Origin: Deltaproteobacteria bacterium
GTDB taxonomy: Bacteria; Desulfobacterota; Syntrophia; Syntrophales; Smithellaceae
DNA length: 64,000 bases
Direction: 5' to 3'
NCBI GenBank assembly: GCA_022703375.1
Contig: JAKLDS010000001.1
Location: 13,540 to 77,539, forward strand
In this document: positions 19,148-28,467 of the stretch, piece by piece
Layout: each line of letters starts with the position of its first letter
Position numbering within the stretch: the stretch's first letter is position 1
Notes under the pieces: model-generated
Told to the model about the DNA's origin: nothing
Databases searched by the model: none
What the model saw: the letters and a program-made list of their open reading frames with translations, nothing else
Translations under genes and position numbers: made by a program

Positions 19148-19825
19148 ATGCGGAAAATTAGCGGTTGGACCGTTGTCTTTTTAGCGGCGGCACTCTTCTT
19201 CTCGTCTGCCGCCGTGGCTGATGAAAACAAGCAGGAAGCCGGTGATGTTTCCTTGCGCATTGCAGTTTTTCCTTTTCGGGCGCTGACAGCGCCGGAAGGA
19301 TCGGCCACAGTTACCTGTCCCGTCTGCTCCACGAGTTTTTCACCGGGCAAAATATTGCCGGGCGCGGAAAAAACAGTTGAGGCGGTCTTGATTGAAACAT
19401 TACAGGGATATAAACATATCGGAATAATCTCCACGGAAAAGGCGGAGGGCGTGTTTAAGCGCATCGAAACGGAATCGCTGAAGAGCAATCTGCTGAACGT
19501 TTATAAAATGGCGGGGCGGGAACTCGCAGCTGATTATGTGGTGTTCGGTTTTGTTTTTCGTTACGTGGAAAGAATTGGTTATGATTATTCGGTGGAGAAA
19601 CCCGCTTCGGTTGGTTTTGGTATTCATGTCGTTCAAATTAAAGATGGCGGGGCTCATTGGCATGGTGTTTTTGATAAAACTCAGAAATCTCTCATGGAAG
19701 ATGCTTTTCAGATATCTTCTTTTTTTAAGGGCGGCGGAAAGTGGCTGACAGTTCGCCAGTTGACGAAGCAGGGCATTGATCAGGTACTGCAAAAAGTCCC
19801 CGTATTGGAACGGGAAAAAAATTAG
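19148..19825 (+). CDS. Secreted hypothetical protein (signal peptide, CPVC motif) inside the his cluster
   Basis: MRKISGWTVVFLAAALFFSSAAVA is a signal peptide. IAVFPF is a beta-strand motif as seen in TolB-N/LpoB-like periplasmic proteins. No confident family assignment is possible. Confidence 0.6.
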   Translation: MRKISGWTVVFLAAALFFSSAAVADENKQEAGDVSLRIAVFPFRALTAPEGSATVTCPVCSTSFSPGKILPGAEKTVEAVLIETLQGYKHIGIISTEKAEGVFKRIETESLKSNLLNVYKMAGRELAADYVVFGFVFRYVERIGYDYSVEKPASVGFGIHVVQIKDGGAHWHGVFDKTQKSLMEDAFQISSFFKGGGKWLTVRQLTKQGIDQVLQKVPVLEREKN

Positions 19826-19881
19826 CGCCCGCATCATTTTTTGAACTGAATTGCGTATTATTATTTTTCGGGGATGTATAT

Positions 19882-20622
19882 TTGGTAATAATTCCGGCGA
19901 TTGATATTAAAGAAGGTAAATGTGTCAGGCTGGCCCAGGGTGATTTTAACCGGGTCACAGTTTACGGAGATGATCCTGTCCGGATGGCAAAGCTGTGGGC
20001 GGCAAGCGGCGCCGAACTTATTCATATCGTCGATCTGGACGGCTCTGTTGCCGGTTTGCCCCGCAATGCCGCAATTGTTCTTGATATTGCCAAAAAAGTT
20101 AAAGTTCCGGTGCAGATAGGCGGTGGTATCCGCAACATGGAAACGATTGCCTATTACCTGAATAACGGTATCGCCAGTGTGATTATGGGCACAGCCGCTC
20201 TGCAGGACGAAAAATTTGTGAAGACCGCAGGCAAAGCATATGCTGGCCGGATTATTCTGGGTATTGATGCGCTCGATGGCCAAGTGGCAATTCGCGGCTG
20301 GACGCAGAAAACATCTGAGACGGCAATCGAACTGGCTTGCCGCTATTCAGGCTGCGGCATCAAAGCTATTGTTTATACCGACATCAAGCGCGACGGAATG
20401 GAAACCGGTGTTAATATCGAAGCAACACAGGCGCTGGCCACGGCAGTTGATATCCCCGTCATCGCTTCGGGCGGCGTTGCCGGCATCGGGGATATTGACA
20501 AGTTGCTGGCTGTTGAAAATACCATTATTTACGGAGTGATAATCGGCCGCGCTCTCTACAATGGCGCAATATCTCTGAGCGAAGCAATTAACAGGGCGAA
20601 AGCCTTAAAAAACAATAACTAG
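19882..20622 (+). CDS. hisA: ProFAR isomerase HisA
   Basis: TTG start. The N-terminus IIPAIDIKEGKCVRL and the C-terminal GVIIGRALY are typical of HisA. Confidence 0.9.
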   Translation: MVIIPAIDIKEGKCVRLAQGDFNRVTVYGDDPVRMAKLWAASGAELIHIVDLDGSVAGLPRNAAIVLDIAKKVKVPVQIGGGIRNMETIAYYLNNGIASVIMGTAALQDEKFVKTAGKAYAGRIILGIDALDGQVAIRGWTQKTSETAIELACRYSGCGIKAIVYTDIKRDGMETGVNIEATQALATAVDIPVIASGGVAGIGDIDKLLAVENTIIYGVIIGRALYNGAISLSEAINRAKALKNNN

Positions 20623-20639
20623 CAATAAGGAGGTGCGCT

Positions 20640-20984
20640 ATGTCCGATTGCATTTTCTGTAAAATAATCAGGGGAGATATTCCCTGCGCTAAAGTTTATG
20701 AAAATGATAAAATTCTGGCTTTTGATGACATTAATCCGATGGCGCCGGTTCATGTTATCATCATTCCCAAACGGCACTTTTCCACTCTGCTGGATCTTGA
20801 TGCTGAAAATATTGATTTGGCCGGTGATTTGATTGCGGCGGCACAGAAAGTCGCTGAAATTAAGGGTATTGAGGGCAGAGGATTCCGCACGGTTATCAAC
20901 TGCAATGCTGAAGGAGGCCAGGTTGTGTTCCATCTGCACATGCATGTTCTGGGCGGTAGGAAGTTATCAGACGAATTAGGTTAA
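20640..20984 (+). CDS. HIT family (histidine triad) protein
   Basis: 114 aa with CIFCKI and the HLHMHVLGG histidine triad. Confidence 0.9.
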   Translation: MSDCIFCKIIRGDIPCAKVYENDKILAFDDINPMAPVHVIIIPKRHFSTLLDLDAENIDLAGDLIAAAQKVAEIKGIEGRGFRTVINCNAEGGQVVFHLHMHVLGGRKLSDELG

Positions 20985-21004
20985 TTAATTATAAGGTGAT
21001 GAAT

Positions 21005-21451
21005 ATGGATATCAATGAAAAATTAAACGCGGAGATGATTGTTGCGGCAAAAGCAAAAGACAAAATCCGTCTTTCCGCAATCCGGATGCTGAAAACGGCA
21101 CTGCATAACAAGGAAATTGAATTGATGCGACCACTGAATGAAACGGAGATCCTGCAGTTGCTTTCCGCCGTGGTAAAACAGCGTCGGGATTCCATTGAGC
21201 AGTTCGCCAGAGGAAACCGGCCTGATTTGGTGGAAAAAGAAGAAGCGGAGTTGAAAGTAGTACAGGAATTCATGCCCGCCCAGATGTCGGAAGAAGAAGT
21301 GGAAGCGGCCATCAAAAAAGCCATTACGGAATGCGGAGCGGTATCCGTCAAGGATATGGGTAAGGTAATGAAAATACTGATGCCGCAATTAACGGGCAAA
21401 GCGGACGGCAAAATGGTCGGAGAGAAGGTTAAAACACTTTTGTCTCAGTGA
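21005..21451 (+). CDS. GatB/YqeY domain protein
   Basis: About 148 aa of YqeY-like sequence (LSAIRMLKTAL, EAELKVV, GKADGKMV). RBS aaggtga lies before the ATG at 21005. Confidence 0.8.
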   Translation: MDINEKLNAEMIVAAKAKDKIRLSAIRMLKTALHNKEIELMRPLNETEILQLLSAVVKQRRDSIEQFARGNRPDLVEKEEAELKVVQEFMPAQMSEEEVEAAIKKAITECGAVSVKDMGKVMKILMPQLTGKADGKMVGEKVKTLLSQ

Positions 21452-21520
21452 GCTTGTTAATTTAAATTTCCGGTCAGTAAGGCACCGGATTACTATGCTT
21501 TGGGGCGGGAAGAATAATCA

Positions 21521-23287
21521 GTGCGCTTCGATGACAGCAAGATTGAGGAAATTAAAAGCAGGCTGGATATTGTTGAACTCGTTTCGGAATATCTGACGCT
21601 GAAAAAAGCGGGGCGTAATTTTGTCGGATCCTGCCCTTTTCATCAGGAAAAAACACCGTCTTTTACAGTTAACCGCGAAAAACAGATTTTTTATTGTTTC
21701 GGTTGCGGCGAAGGCGGCAATGCCATAACTTTTCTGATGAAGATTGCCAATATGACTTTTCCGGAAGCCCTGAAGTCTCTGGCGGAAAAAACGGGGGTTG
21801 TTCTGCCGCCCCGGACGGCATCGCGGGAAGGCCGCGGGAAGGATTCCTTAAGGGAAAGCATCGTTGATTTAAACAGACGCGCGGCGCAGTATTACGTGCG
21901 GGAACTTTATGGGCCGGCCGGCAGGGAAGCCCGTGAATATTTGCAGAAAAGAGAAATAACCGAGGAAACAATAAATAATTTCCGGTTGGGTTATGCGCCC
22001 GAGAACTGGCGTTCTTTGACAGATTATCTGGATGGTAGCGGCTTGTCTCTGAAAATAGCCGAACAAGCCGGGCTTGTTGTGGCCGGCAAGGATGGCGGCT
22101 ACTATGACCGTTTTCGCGGCCGGTTGATATTTCCCATTGAGAATATTTTTGGCGAGGTTATTGCTTTCGGCGGCCGGATTCTGGCTAAAGGAGAACCAAA
22201 ATATCTCAATTCTCCGGAGTCGCCGGTTTATATCAAGGGTAAAAATTTATACGGTTTGGTCAAGGCGAAAGAGGAAATCAGGAAAAAGGGCTGTGCGCTG
22301 ATTGTCGAAGGTTATTTCGATTTGATTTCACTCTGGAATGCCGGTATCGGCAACGTTGTTGCCACGCTGGGAACAGCACTGACCAGAGATCATCTGGATC
22401 TTTTACGCCGTTATACGGTTGATGTTGTCGCCCTTTTTGATCCCGATGAGGCCGGGCGCAAAGCGCTGGATCGCAGTCTTGATTTATTTCTGGCTGCCGA
22501 TATGCGCGCCCGGGCGCTGATTCTGCCGGGCGAAGATGATCCCGACGACTATGTGAGAAAAAACGGGCGGGATAAACTGGAGGAACTGATTGCCGGCGCC
22601 CCGACCATCAGCGATTATTATATTGATAATGTGCTGGGGGGAGGCAAGACTTTTGAAGATAAAAAAGAAATGGCCAAGGCGGCGCTGGAATTTATCGCTA
22701 AAATCGGCGATGAAATGGAAAAGAATCTTTTTCTGAAAAGAATATCGGAAAAACTGGGAATTGAGCAGGAACTGTTAAAAAAGGAGAGTCATAGGAAAGA
22801 AAGCAGGATAAAGACCGGAGAGGCTGAAGCGGTAACGCCAAATCAGCAAGTCGGGATTGATCCGTTGGAAGTTAATTTAATCAGGCTGTTGATTGAGTAT
22901 CCTCAGAAGATAGCGCCGCTGGAAAGGGAAAATGTCTTCGATTTCTTTTTACGGCCGGAACTGAAAAAGCTGGCTTATGAAATAGCCGAGTCTTACCGGC
23001 GGCTGGGATTTGTGGATATCAATGTTATCCTGGCAGCGGCGGAAGATAGACCGCTGCGGGAAAAAATATACAAGCTCAGCATCGAAGCGCTGGCGGTTGA
23101 CGATGTAATGCTGGAGAAGATATTTGCCGATAACATAAAACAGATCAGGAAAAAATGGTATAAATATCAAAAAGGGCAGATCCAGTTTAAAATGGCGCAG
23201 GCACAGCAAAGCGGTGATGAAGCTCTGCTCAAAGAGCTGCTCAGGAAAAAAGACGAGCTGGTGAACAGAGAAAAGGAATTACGCTAG
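21521..23287 (+). CDS. dnaG: DNA primase
   Basis: GTG start, zinc finger CPFHQEKTPSFTV...CFGCGEGG, and a TOPRIM region EGYFDLISL. Confidence 0.95.
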   Translation: MRFDDSKIEEIKSRLDIVELVSEYLTLKKAGRNFVGSCPFHQEKTPSFTVNREKQIFYCFGCGEGGNAITFLMKIANMTFPEALKSLAEKTGVVLPPRTASREGRGKDSLRESIVDLNRRAAQYYVRELYGPAGREAREYLQKREITEETINNFRLGYAPENWRSLTDYLDGSGLSLKIAEQAGLVVAGKDGGYYDRFRGRLIFPIENIFGEVIAFGGRILAKGEPKYLNSPESPVYIKGKNLYGLVKAKEEIRKKGCALIVEGYFDLISLWNAGIGNVVATLGTALTRDHLDLLRRYTVDVVALFDPDEAGRKALDRSLDLFLAADMRARALILPGEDDPDDYVRKNGRDKLEELIAGAPTISDYYIDNVLGGGKTFEDKKEMAKAALEFIAKIGDEMEKNLFLKRISEKLGIEQELLKKESHRKESRIKTGEAEAVTPNQQVGIDPLEVNLIRLLIEYPQKIAPLERENVFDFFLRPELKKLAYEIAESYRRLGFVDINVILAAAEDRPLREKIYKLSIEALAVDDVMLEKIFADNIKQIRKKWYKYQKGQIQFKMAQAQQSGDEALLKELLRKKDELVNREKELR

Positions 23288-23320
23288 ACGATTATAAAAT
23301 AAATGTTCGGGAGTGAACAG

Positions 23321-25072
23321 ATGGCTAAAGAAATACAATCGGATGAATTTAAAAAATTAATTTTGCTCGGTGAAGAAAAGGGATTTTTGACGTACGACGA
23401 TGTCAATGACATGCTGCCGCCGGATGTGACGTCTTCCGATCAGATAGACGATATTATCATGATCTTCGGAGAGAAAAACATTGATATTATTGATACCGAG
23501 CAGGGTGAGAAACTGATCGTTAAAAAAACGACTGAGGACGCCGTCCTGACCAAGTTTCCGGAAAATCTTGTGCTGATGCCGATGGCCGGGAAAACCGGAG
23601 ACCCGGTAAAAATGTATTTGCGCGAAATGGGCATGGTTTCTCTGTTAAGCAGGGAAGGCGAGGTGGAAATCGCCAAGAGGATTGAAGAAGGCGCCCGCGA
23701 AACGATGTTCTCTATCTTCAGCCTGAACGTTTCCATGATGGAGGTGCTCAATATCGGCGACAAGCTGGCGACAGGGGAAATACGGATTAAAAATGTTGTG
23801 GACAATATTGAAGATGAAGAAGGATTTGTTGAAGAAGATGAGCATAAAGAAAGGGTTTTAAAGCTTATTGGCAGAATTCGTCTGTTTAACAACAGAAATG
23901 AAGTTCTTCGTGAAAAGCTCAAATCAAAAACAATGCGTCCGAAACAGCGCGAATTGCTGACAGCCGAACATGAAAAAAATATCAAAAATATTATTACCCT
24001 CTGCCGGAAGATTCGTTTCAGCAAAAAACAAAGCCATCGTTTTGTCGCCCGTTTGCGCAATTACGCCGACGAAATCGAAAGAGCGGAAAAAGTTATCAAT
24101 CAGTATAAAAAGGAAACCGGATTGACGCTGACCCAGTTGGAGAAATTATGGGTGAGGATGAAAAAATCCAAGGCCGATGAAAAGAAAGCGGCAAAGGAAG
24201 CCCGGCTTTCCGTGGAAGCGCTGAAGAAAAGCCAGCCGGCGATACTTGATGCGCAGAAGAAAATCAGGCTCATCGGCCGCGAGGTCGGCATACCCACGGC
24301 GACATTGAAGAAAGTTGTGGATACCATTGAAGAGGGTGAAAGCAAGGCAGAAACAGCCAAAAGGAAGCTGGTGGAGGCTAATTTAAGACTAGTTGTCAGC
24401 ATTGCCAAGAAATACACCAACCGCGGCCTGCAGTTTCTGGATTTGATCCAGGAGGGCAATATCGGTTTGATGAAGGCTGTTGACAAGTTCGAATACCAGC
24501 GCGGCTACAAATTTTCCACCTACGCAACCTGGTGGATCAGGCAAGCCATCACCCGCGCCATCGCCGATCAGGCCAGAACCATTCGTATTCCCGTGCACAT
24601 GATTGAAACAATCAACAAGCTGATTCGGACTTCCCGCTATCTGGTGCAGGAACTGGGTCGCGAACCTACTCCGGAAGAAATAGCCAATAAAATGGAATAT
24701 CCTCTGGAAAAGGTGCACAAAGTTCTGAAGATTGCCAAAGAGCCGATTTCTCTGGAGACCCCTATTGGGGAAGAAGAAGACAGCCATCTGGGTGATTTTA
24801 TCGAAGATAAGAAAATCATGTCTCCCTCGGAGGCGACAATCAGCATGGATCTGGCGGATCAGACGCGCAAAATTCTTGCCACGCTGACGCCTCGGGAAGA
24901 AAAGGTGCTGCGGATGCGCTTCGGCATCAGTGATCGTTTGAATACCCTTGTGGAGGAACTGGCCTCTGAGGTCAGTCCGCTGGAAATAACTGATGAAGAC
25001 GAACCGGACATCGAGGAATTACCTGTGACAAAAAAGACTAAGAATTCTTCGAAGATACGATCTGCAAAATAA
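23321..25072 (+). CDS. rpoD: RNA polymerase sigma-70 family primary-type factor with a non-canonical C-terminus
   Basis: Regions 1.1 to 4.1 are canonical ([63 protein letters not shown]; [15 protein letters not shown]). The last 47 aa (from nt 24929) show no recognisable region 4.2 HTH. ATG at 23321 is preceded by gggag. Confidence 0.85.
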   Translation: MAKEIQSDEFKKLILLGEEKGFLTYDDVNDMLPPDVTSSDQIDDIIMIFGEKNIDIIDTEQGEKLIVKKTTEDAVLTKFPENLVLMPMAGKTGDPVKMYLREMGMVSLLSREGEVEIAKRIEEGARETMFSIFSLNVSMMEVLNIGDKLATGEIRIKNVVDNIEDEEGFVEEDEHKERVLKLIGRIRLFNNRNEVLREKLKSKTMRPKQRELLTAEHEKNIKNIITLCRKIRFSKKQSHRFVARLRNYADEIERAEKVINQYKKETGLTLTQLEKLWVRMKKSKADEKKAAKEARLSVEALKKSQPAILDAQKKIRLIGREVGIPTATLKKVVDTIEEGESKAETAKRKLVEANLRLVVSIAKKYTNRGLQFLDLIQEGNIGLMKAVDKFEYQRGYKFSTYATWWIRQAITRAIADQARTIRIPVHMIETINKLIRTSRYLVQELGREPTPEEIANKMEYPLEKVHKVLKIAKEPISLETPIGEEEDSHLGDFIEDKKIMSPSEATISMDLADQTRKILATLTPREEKVLRMRFGISDRLNTLVEELASEVSPLEITDEDEPDIEELPVTKKTKNSSKIRSAK

Positions 25073-25074
25073 TA

Positions 25075-25103
25075 TTGACAAGCATGGTATTTGGGTATAT
25101 CAA
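25075..25103 (+). promoter_or_regulatory. Candidate sigma-70 promoter for tRNA-Met
   Basis: TTGACA (25075-25080), a 17-nt spacer, then TATCAA (25098-25103), about 37 nt upstream of the tRNA. Confidence 0.35.
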
Positions 25104-25139
25104 ACCAAACTTTGCAAGCCAAACCGTGGAAGTATCGGC

Positions 25140-25215
25140 GGGCCCATAGCTCAATTGGTAGAGCCACCGGCTCATAACCGGTAGGTCCCTGGTTCGATCC
25201 CAGGTGGGCCCACCA
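25140..25215 (+). tRNA. tRNA with anticodon CAT (elongator tRNA-Met; tRNA-Ile2/lysidine not excluded)
   Basis: Cloverleaf: acceptor GGGCCCA/TGGGCCC, anticodon stem ACCGG/CCGGT with loop CTCATAA, T-arm CCTGG-TTCGATC-CCAGG, encoded CCA. The G1-C72 pair argues against an initiator tRNA. Confidence 0.9.
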
Positions 25216-25358
25216 TATTATAATCAGAGAATAGTTATCATGAAAAAAACGTTAATCTGCAATAGATGTTCAAAGTGTGCTGTTATAAATGCCTTAAAAA
25301 TGCAGATGACGTCATCACTGCAAGGCAAGGCAGACCGGAAAGCAGGCAAAACTACTAA

Positions 25359-25390
25359 AATGCACCCATAAGAGGTGCATTTTTTTTATC
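25359..25390 (+). terminator. Rho-independent terminator
   Basis: Stem atgcacc/ggtgcat followed by tttttttt. Confidence 0.7.
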
Positions 25391-25425
25391 TGATACAAAG
25401 CGAAAAGTATAAAAGGAGAAAATTA

Positions 25426-26145
25426 TTGAAAGAGCAATTATTGTTGTTGGTAAGCTTGCAGGAAGCGGATTCAGAGTTGATTCAAATAACTACGCGGAGA
25501 AAAGAACTGCCGGAAAAAATAAAAAAGCTCGATGAGGATTTCCTTGTCTTTAAAGAAGCAACGGGAAAAAACAAAAGAAATTATGACGAGCTGAAAATTC
25601 GCCATACGGAAAACGAGGGCAAGATTAAAAAAATAAACGATGGTGTGGTGAAAACAAAGGAAAGATTGCTTGAAGTCAAAAATAACAAGGAATATCAGGC
25701 GATGCTCAAAGAAATAGAAACAGCGGAAAGTTCCCGCGGCAATGTTGAAGCGGAAATTATTTTACTGCTGGACGAGCTCGATAAGCTGGCTGTGCTCGTG
25801 AAGAAGGATCAGGCAATCATTGACGAACAAAGCCGGAATTATGAAGAAAAGAAAAAAGATATGGAGAATGAGCTGAATTCGCTGGATGCCGAAGCCGGCA
25901 AATGGGATAAGAAACGCAAGGAGTTGAGAGGCGCTATTCCGGCAGACGTGCTTGCCAAGTATGATAAAATTCGCGGGCGCAGCCGCGGCATCGCTGTAAT
26001 TTCAGTCTGGAAGGGAATCTGCAACGGCTGCCATATGAATCTGCCGCCGCAGTTATATAACGAATTGCAGAAATCGGCCGAATTGATGATTTGCCCCAAT
26101 TGCAACAGAATTATTTATTTTCAGAATATTGACAAGCCGGCCTGA
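25426..26145 (+). CDS. Zinc-ribbon coiled-coil protein (COG1579/DUF164 type)
   Basis: TTG at 25426 is preceded by aaggag. A long coiled coil ends in a C4 zinc ribbon CNGCHMNLP...CPNCNRIIY. Confidence 0.75.
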   Translation: MKEQLLLLVSLQEADSELIQITTRRKELPEKIKKLDEDFLVFKEATGKNKRNYDELKIRHTENEGKIKKINDGVVKTKERLLEVKNNKEYQAMLKEIETAESSRGNVEAEIILLLDELDKLAVLVKKDQAIIDEQSRNYEEKKKDMENELNSLDAEAGKWDKKRKELRGAIPADVLAKYDKIRGRSRGIAVISVWKGICNGCHMNLPPQLYNELQKSAELMICPNCNRIIYFQNIDKPA

Positions 26146-26150
26146 ATACT

Positions 26151-26561
26151 ATGAAAAGAACCTATCGTTTGTACAGTGACGGAGCCTGCCGGGGCAATCC
26201 CGGCGAAGGCGGTGCCGGTGCCGTAATAACCGACGACGCCGGTAATGCTATCTGGGAGGGCCAAAAGTATCTGGGGCAGTGCACCAATAATGTCGCGGAA
26301 TACCAGGCGCTCATTCTGGGGCTGGAGGGCGCGCTCGCCGCAGACTGCAAGAATCTAGAAATATTCATGGATTCGGAACTGCTGGCCAGACAAATAGCAG
26401 GCTCGTACAAAGTCAAGAATGAAAAACTGAAAATACTAATGCAGGAAGTCAGGAGACTTCTTTCTTTATTCAGTTCAGTTCAGGTCAAACATGTTTTGCG
26501 TTGCCACAACAGCCATGCCGACAGACTGGCCAATCAGGCAATTGACAGCCATCATAAATAA
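26151..26561 (+). CDS. rnhA: Ribonuclease HI
   Basis: 136 aa with motif SDGACRGNPGEGGAGAVI plus NNVAEYQALI and a C-terminal HADRLAN. Confidence 0.85.
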   Translation: MKRTYRLYSDGACRGNPGEGGAGAVITDDAGNAIWEGQKYLGQCTNNVAEYQALILGLEGALAADCKNLEIFMDSELLARQIAGSYKVKNEKLKILMQEVRRLLSLFSSVQVKHVLRCHNSHADRLANQAIDSHHK

Positions 26562-26853
26562 TATGTTGCCCGTTCAGCTTATTGCCCCGCTTCTCAGCGC
26601 GCTGTTCCTTGAGCATTTCGGTATTCAATATCCCGTAATTACACAATTCCGTCAAAAAGTTGAAACCGGTAACAGAAAATAAGAAAAACATCTGCCGGTT
26701 TGCGCAGCTCAAGCATAAGAAAAACCAGATTTCATCAATCCCTGTTGAGAAATCGGCTTTCATTATTACCAATTGACGCGTGACTGATTATACCCCGCTG
26801 CTATCTGTAAAGAAAGAAACAAGGCCAGCCATTTGCGGGAATTACTCTGCTGA

Positions 26854-27051
26854 TTAATCACCTGTCTCGGCGGGTTGTTTTGCGGCAGATCCCTTCTTCG
26901 CCATTCCTTTGGCGATGGCAACGAGTACCAGAGCAATCACGATAACAACGAGTAAAGCCGAAATTACTCCCGGAAGCTCCAGCATTTTGATGCCGCCGAT
27001 TGCAGCCATACCAACGATTGCGGAAACGATACCGACGATTACACCTTTCAT
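26854..27051 (-). CDS. Small membrane protein (65 aa)
   Basis: Two hydrophobic helices. RBS ggaggaa lies upstream (minus strand). It shares a G-IVSAI-G motif with the 16558-16869 product. Confidence 0.5.
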   Translation of the reverse strand: MKGVIVGIVSAIVGMAAIGGIKMLELPGVISALLVVIVIALVLVAIAKGMAKKGSAAKQPAETGD

Positions 27052-27395
27052 TTTTTCCTCCTTCTAGTAATAGGTAATTTTCTTTGAAACGCAGATTCTC
27101 GAATATACGTAAGTGAATGTTAACTTAATTATAGTAAATGCTCACTTACATGTCAAGGTAAAATGTTGGCTGGATAAATAAACGGAATAACTGAATAATA
27201 TCAAAGAATCGTTTCTCTAAGCCTGATTACTTAAAAATGCACGATGAACGTCACTGCGGCGGTTTTGCTTTGGAATGATTTAACCTTCGGGGGCCGGAAG
27301 ATGCGGTTTAATTGCGAAAACTCTCCCGTGCAAGGATTAAATAGAAGGCGGTTGCCAAAACCAGCAAATTGTTTTGCTCTATGGTGGTCAGGATA

Positions 27396-27998
27396 TCAGC
27401 GCGGTACTATTGCCTCGCGCAATATTTGCCAAAGGGACTCAAACTTTTCGTTCAGGATGAAATTGCAGTTATTCAGAGCCCAGATGTTGACAATAGTCTG
27501 AATCATGCTGAAGAGAAGCATGGCTGTTGCATCCAGATCTATATCACGCCGAATGCAGCCGCTGTCAACACCCCGCAGCAGCAGTTGCCGGAGAGCGGAA
27601 ACATATTTGGTAATGGTCACCGCCGTTTTTTTGTTAAGATTTTTGTCCCCGAGGCTGATGATTTCGGCAATTACCTGGAAAGCCATGCCTTTGCGGATGT
27701 CTATCGAGGAAAAATGATTTTTTATGGCATGTTCGATTGTTTCTATCGTTACGGCACTGTTTTCGACATCCTTGGGGGTGATATCCGCTATCAGAACGTT
27801 TTCTATATGGTTGAGAAGAAAATAAAGAATGCTGCGCTTGCTCTTAAAATGACGGTAGATGGCCGCTTCGGAGATGCCCACCTCTGCGGCAATCCGTTTG
27901 ACAGTCAGATGCTCACTGCCGTACTTGAAAATTAATTTTTGCACGGCTTCCAAAATCTGCTGTTGCCGGATTTCAGTTGTTTGTCTCTTCCTGATCAT
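27396..27998 (-). CDS. TetR/AcrR family transcriptional regulator
   Basis: N-terminal HTH LTVKRIAAEVGISEAAIYRHFKSK; 200 aa. Confidence 0.85.
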   Translation of the reverse strand: MIRKRQTTEIRQQQILEAVQKLIFKYGSEHLTVKRIAAEVGISEAAIYRHFKSKRSILYFLLNHIENVLIADITPKDVENSAVTIETIEHAIKNHFSSIDIRKGMAFQVIAEIISLGDKNLNKKTAVTITKYVSALRQLLLRGVDSGCIRRDIDLDATAMLLFSMIQTIVNIWALNNCNFILNEKFESLWQILREAIVPR

Positions 27999-28384
27999 AA
28001 ATCATTTTCGTCGAAGGCTTCTGATTTCTTCAATGATAACCGGCCGGCCCGCTCAGGACAGCTATCAATAATGATGATGCTTTGCGTTGCTGATATTGCT
28101 AATGCAAGAACTTTAAAAGTGACTAACATTCCTGAAACATTATGTCAAGAGACGTAATTGATTATCCTGCTTTGGTGCAGTGCTGATAAAAAATTTAGAT
28201 GAATATTCAGTAACTTTGTTAAGGGGTGTCTGCTTTTACCTTGTCATTGCCGGGCAATTGGTTTAAAAAACATGTATTGCAAAAGAGGGATTCAAAATAT
28301 GGCTAATAAACTGGCGGGCAACCACCGGCAAACAGCCGGAATTAATTATGTCCGGATAATGTCATCTTAGAAAAAGAAATAAGC

Positions 28385-28425
28385 TTGACAAATACCTGTA
28401 ATTGTATAATCTGAACACTCGTTCA
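28385..28425 (+). promoter_or_regulatory. Candidate promoter plus operator of the TetR-efflux operon
   Basis: TTGACA at 28385-28390 and an extended -10 TGTATAAT at 28403-28410 (spacer only 14 nt), directly followed by the palindrome TGAAC-N4-GTTCA (28412-28425). Confidence 0.4.
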
Positions 28426-28467
28426 AATTATTGAATGTATATTCATGGAGAGGCGGTATTTATTTTC

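Noticed and set aside
23440-24060. 206-aa minus-strand ORF rich in Ser/Ile/Phe
   Set aside because: It is antisense to the acidic/Lys-rich non-conserved region of rpoD. It is a mirror-image low-complexity artefact.
24920-25140. Frameshift or missing exon-like explanation for the aberrant rpoD 3' end
   Set aside because: The +1 and +2 frames hit stop codons within 7 codons of the divergence point. No frame between 24929 and the tRNA, or in 25216-25375, encodes a [9 protein letters not shown]-like sequence. The anomaly is therefore reported as a finding rather than corrected.
25140-26145. Genomic island or prophage integrated at tRNA-Met (and at tRNA-Leu, 38016-38102)
   Set aside because: No integrase, direct repeat of the tRNA 3' end, or phage or transposase genes are visible next to either tRNA. 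The flanking genes are ordinary housekeeping genes.
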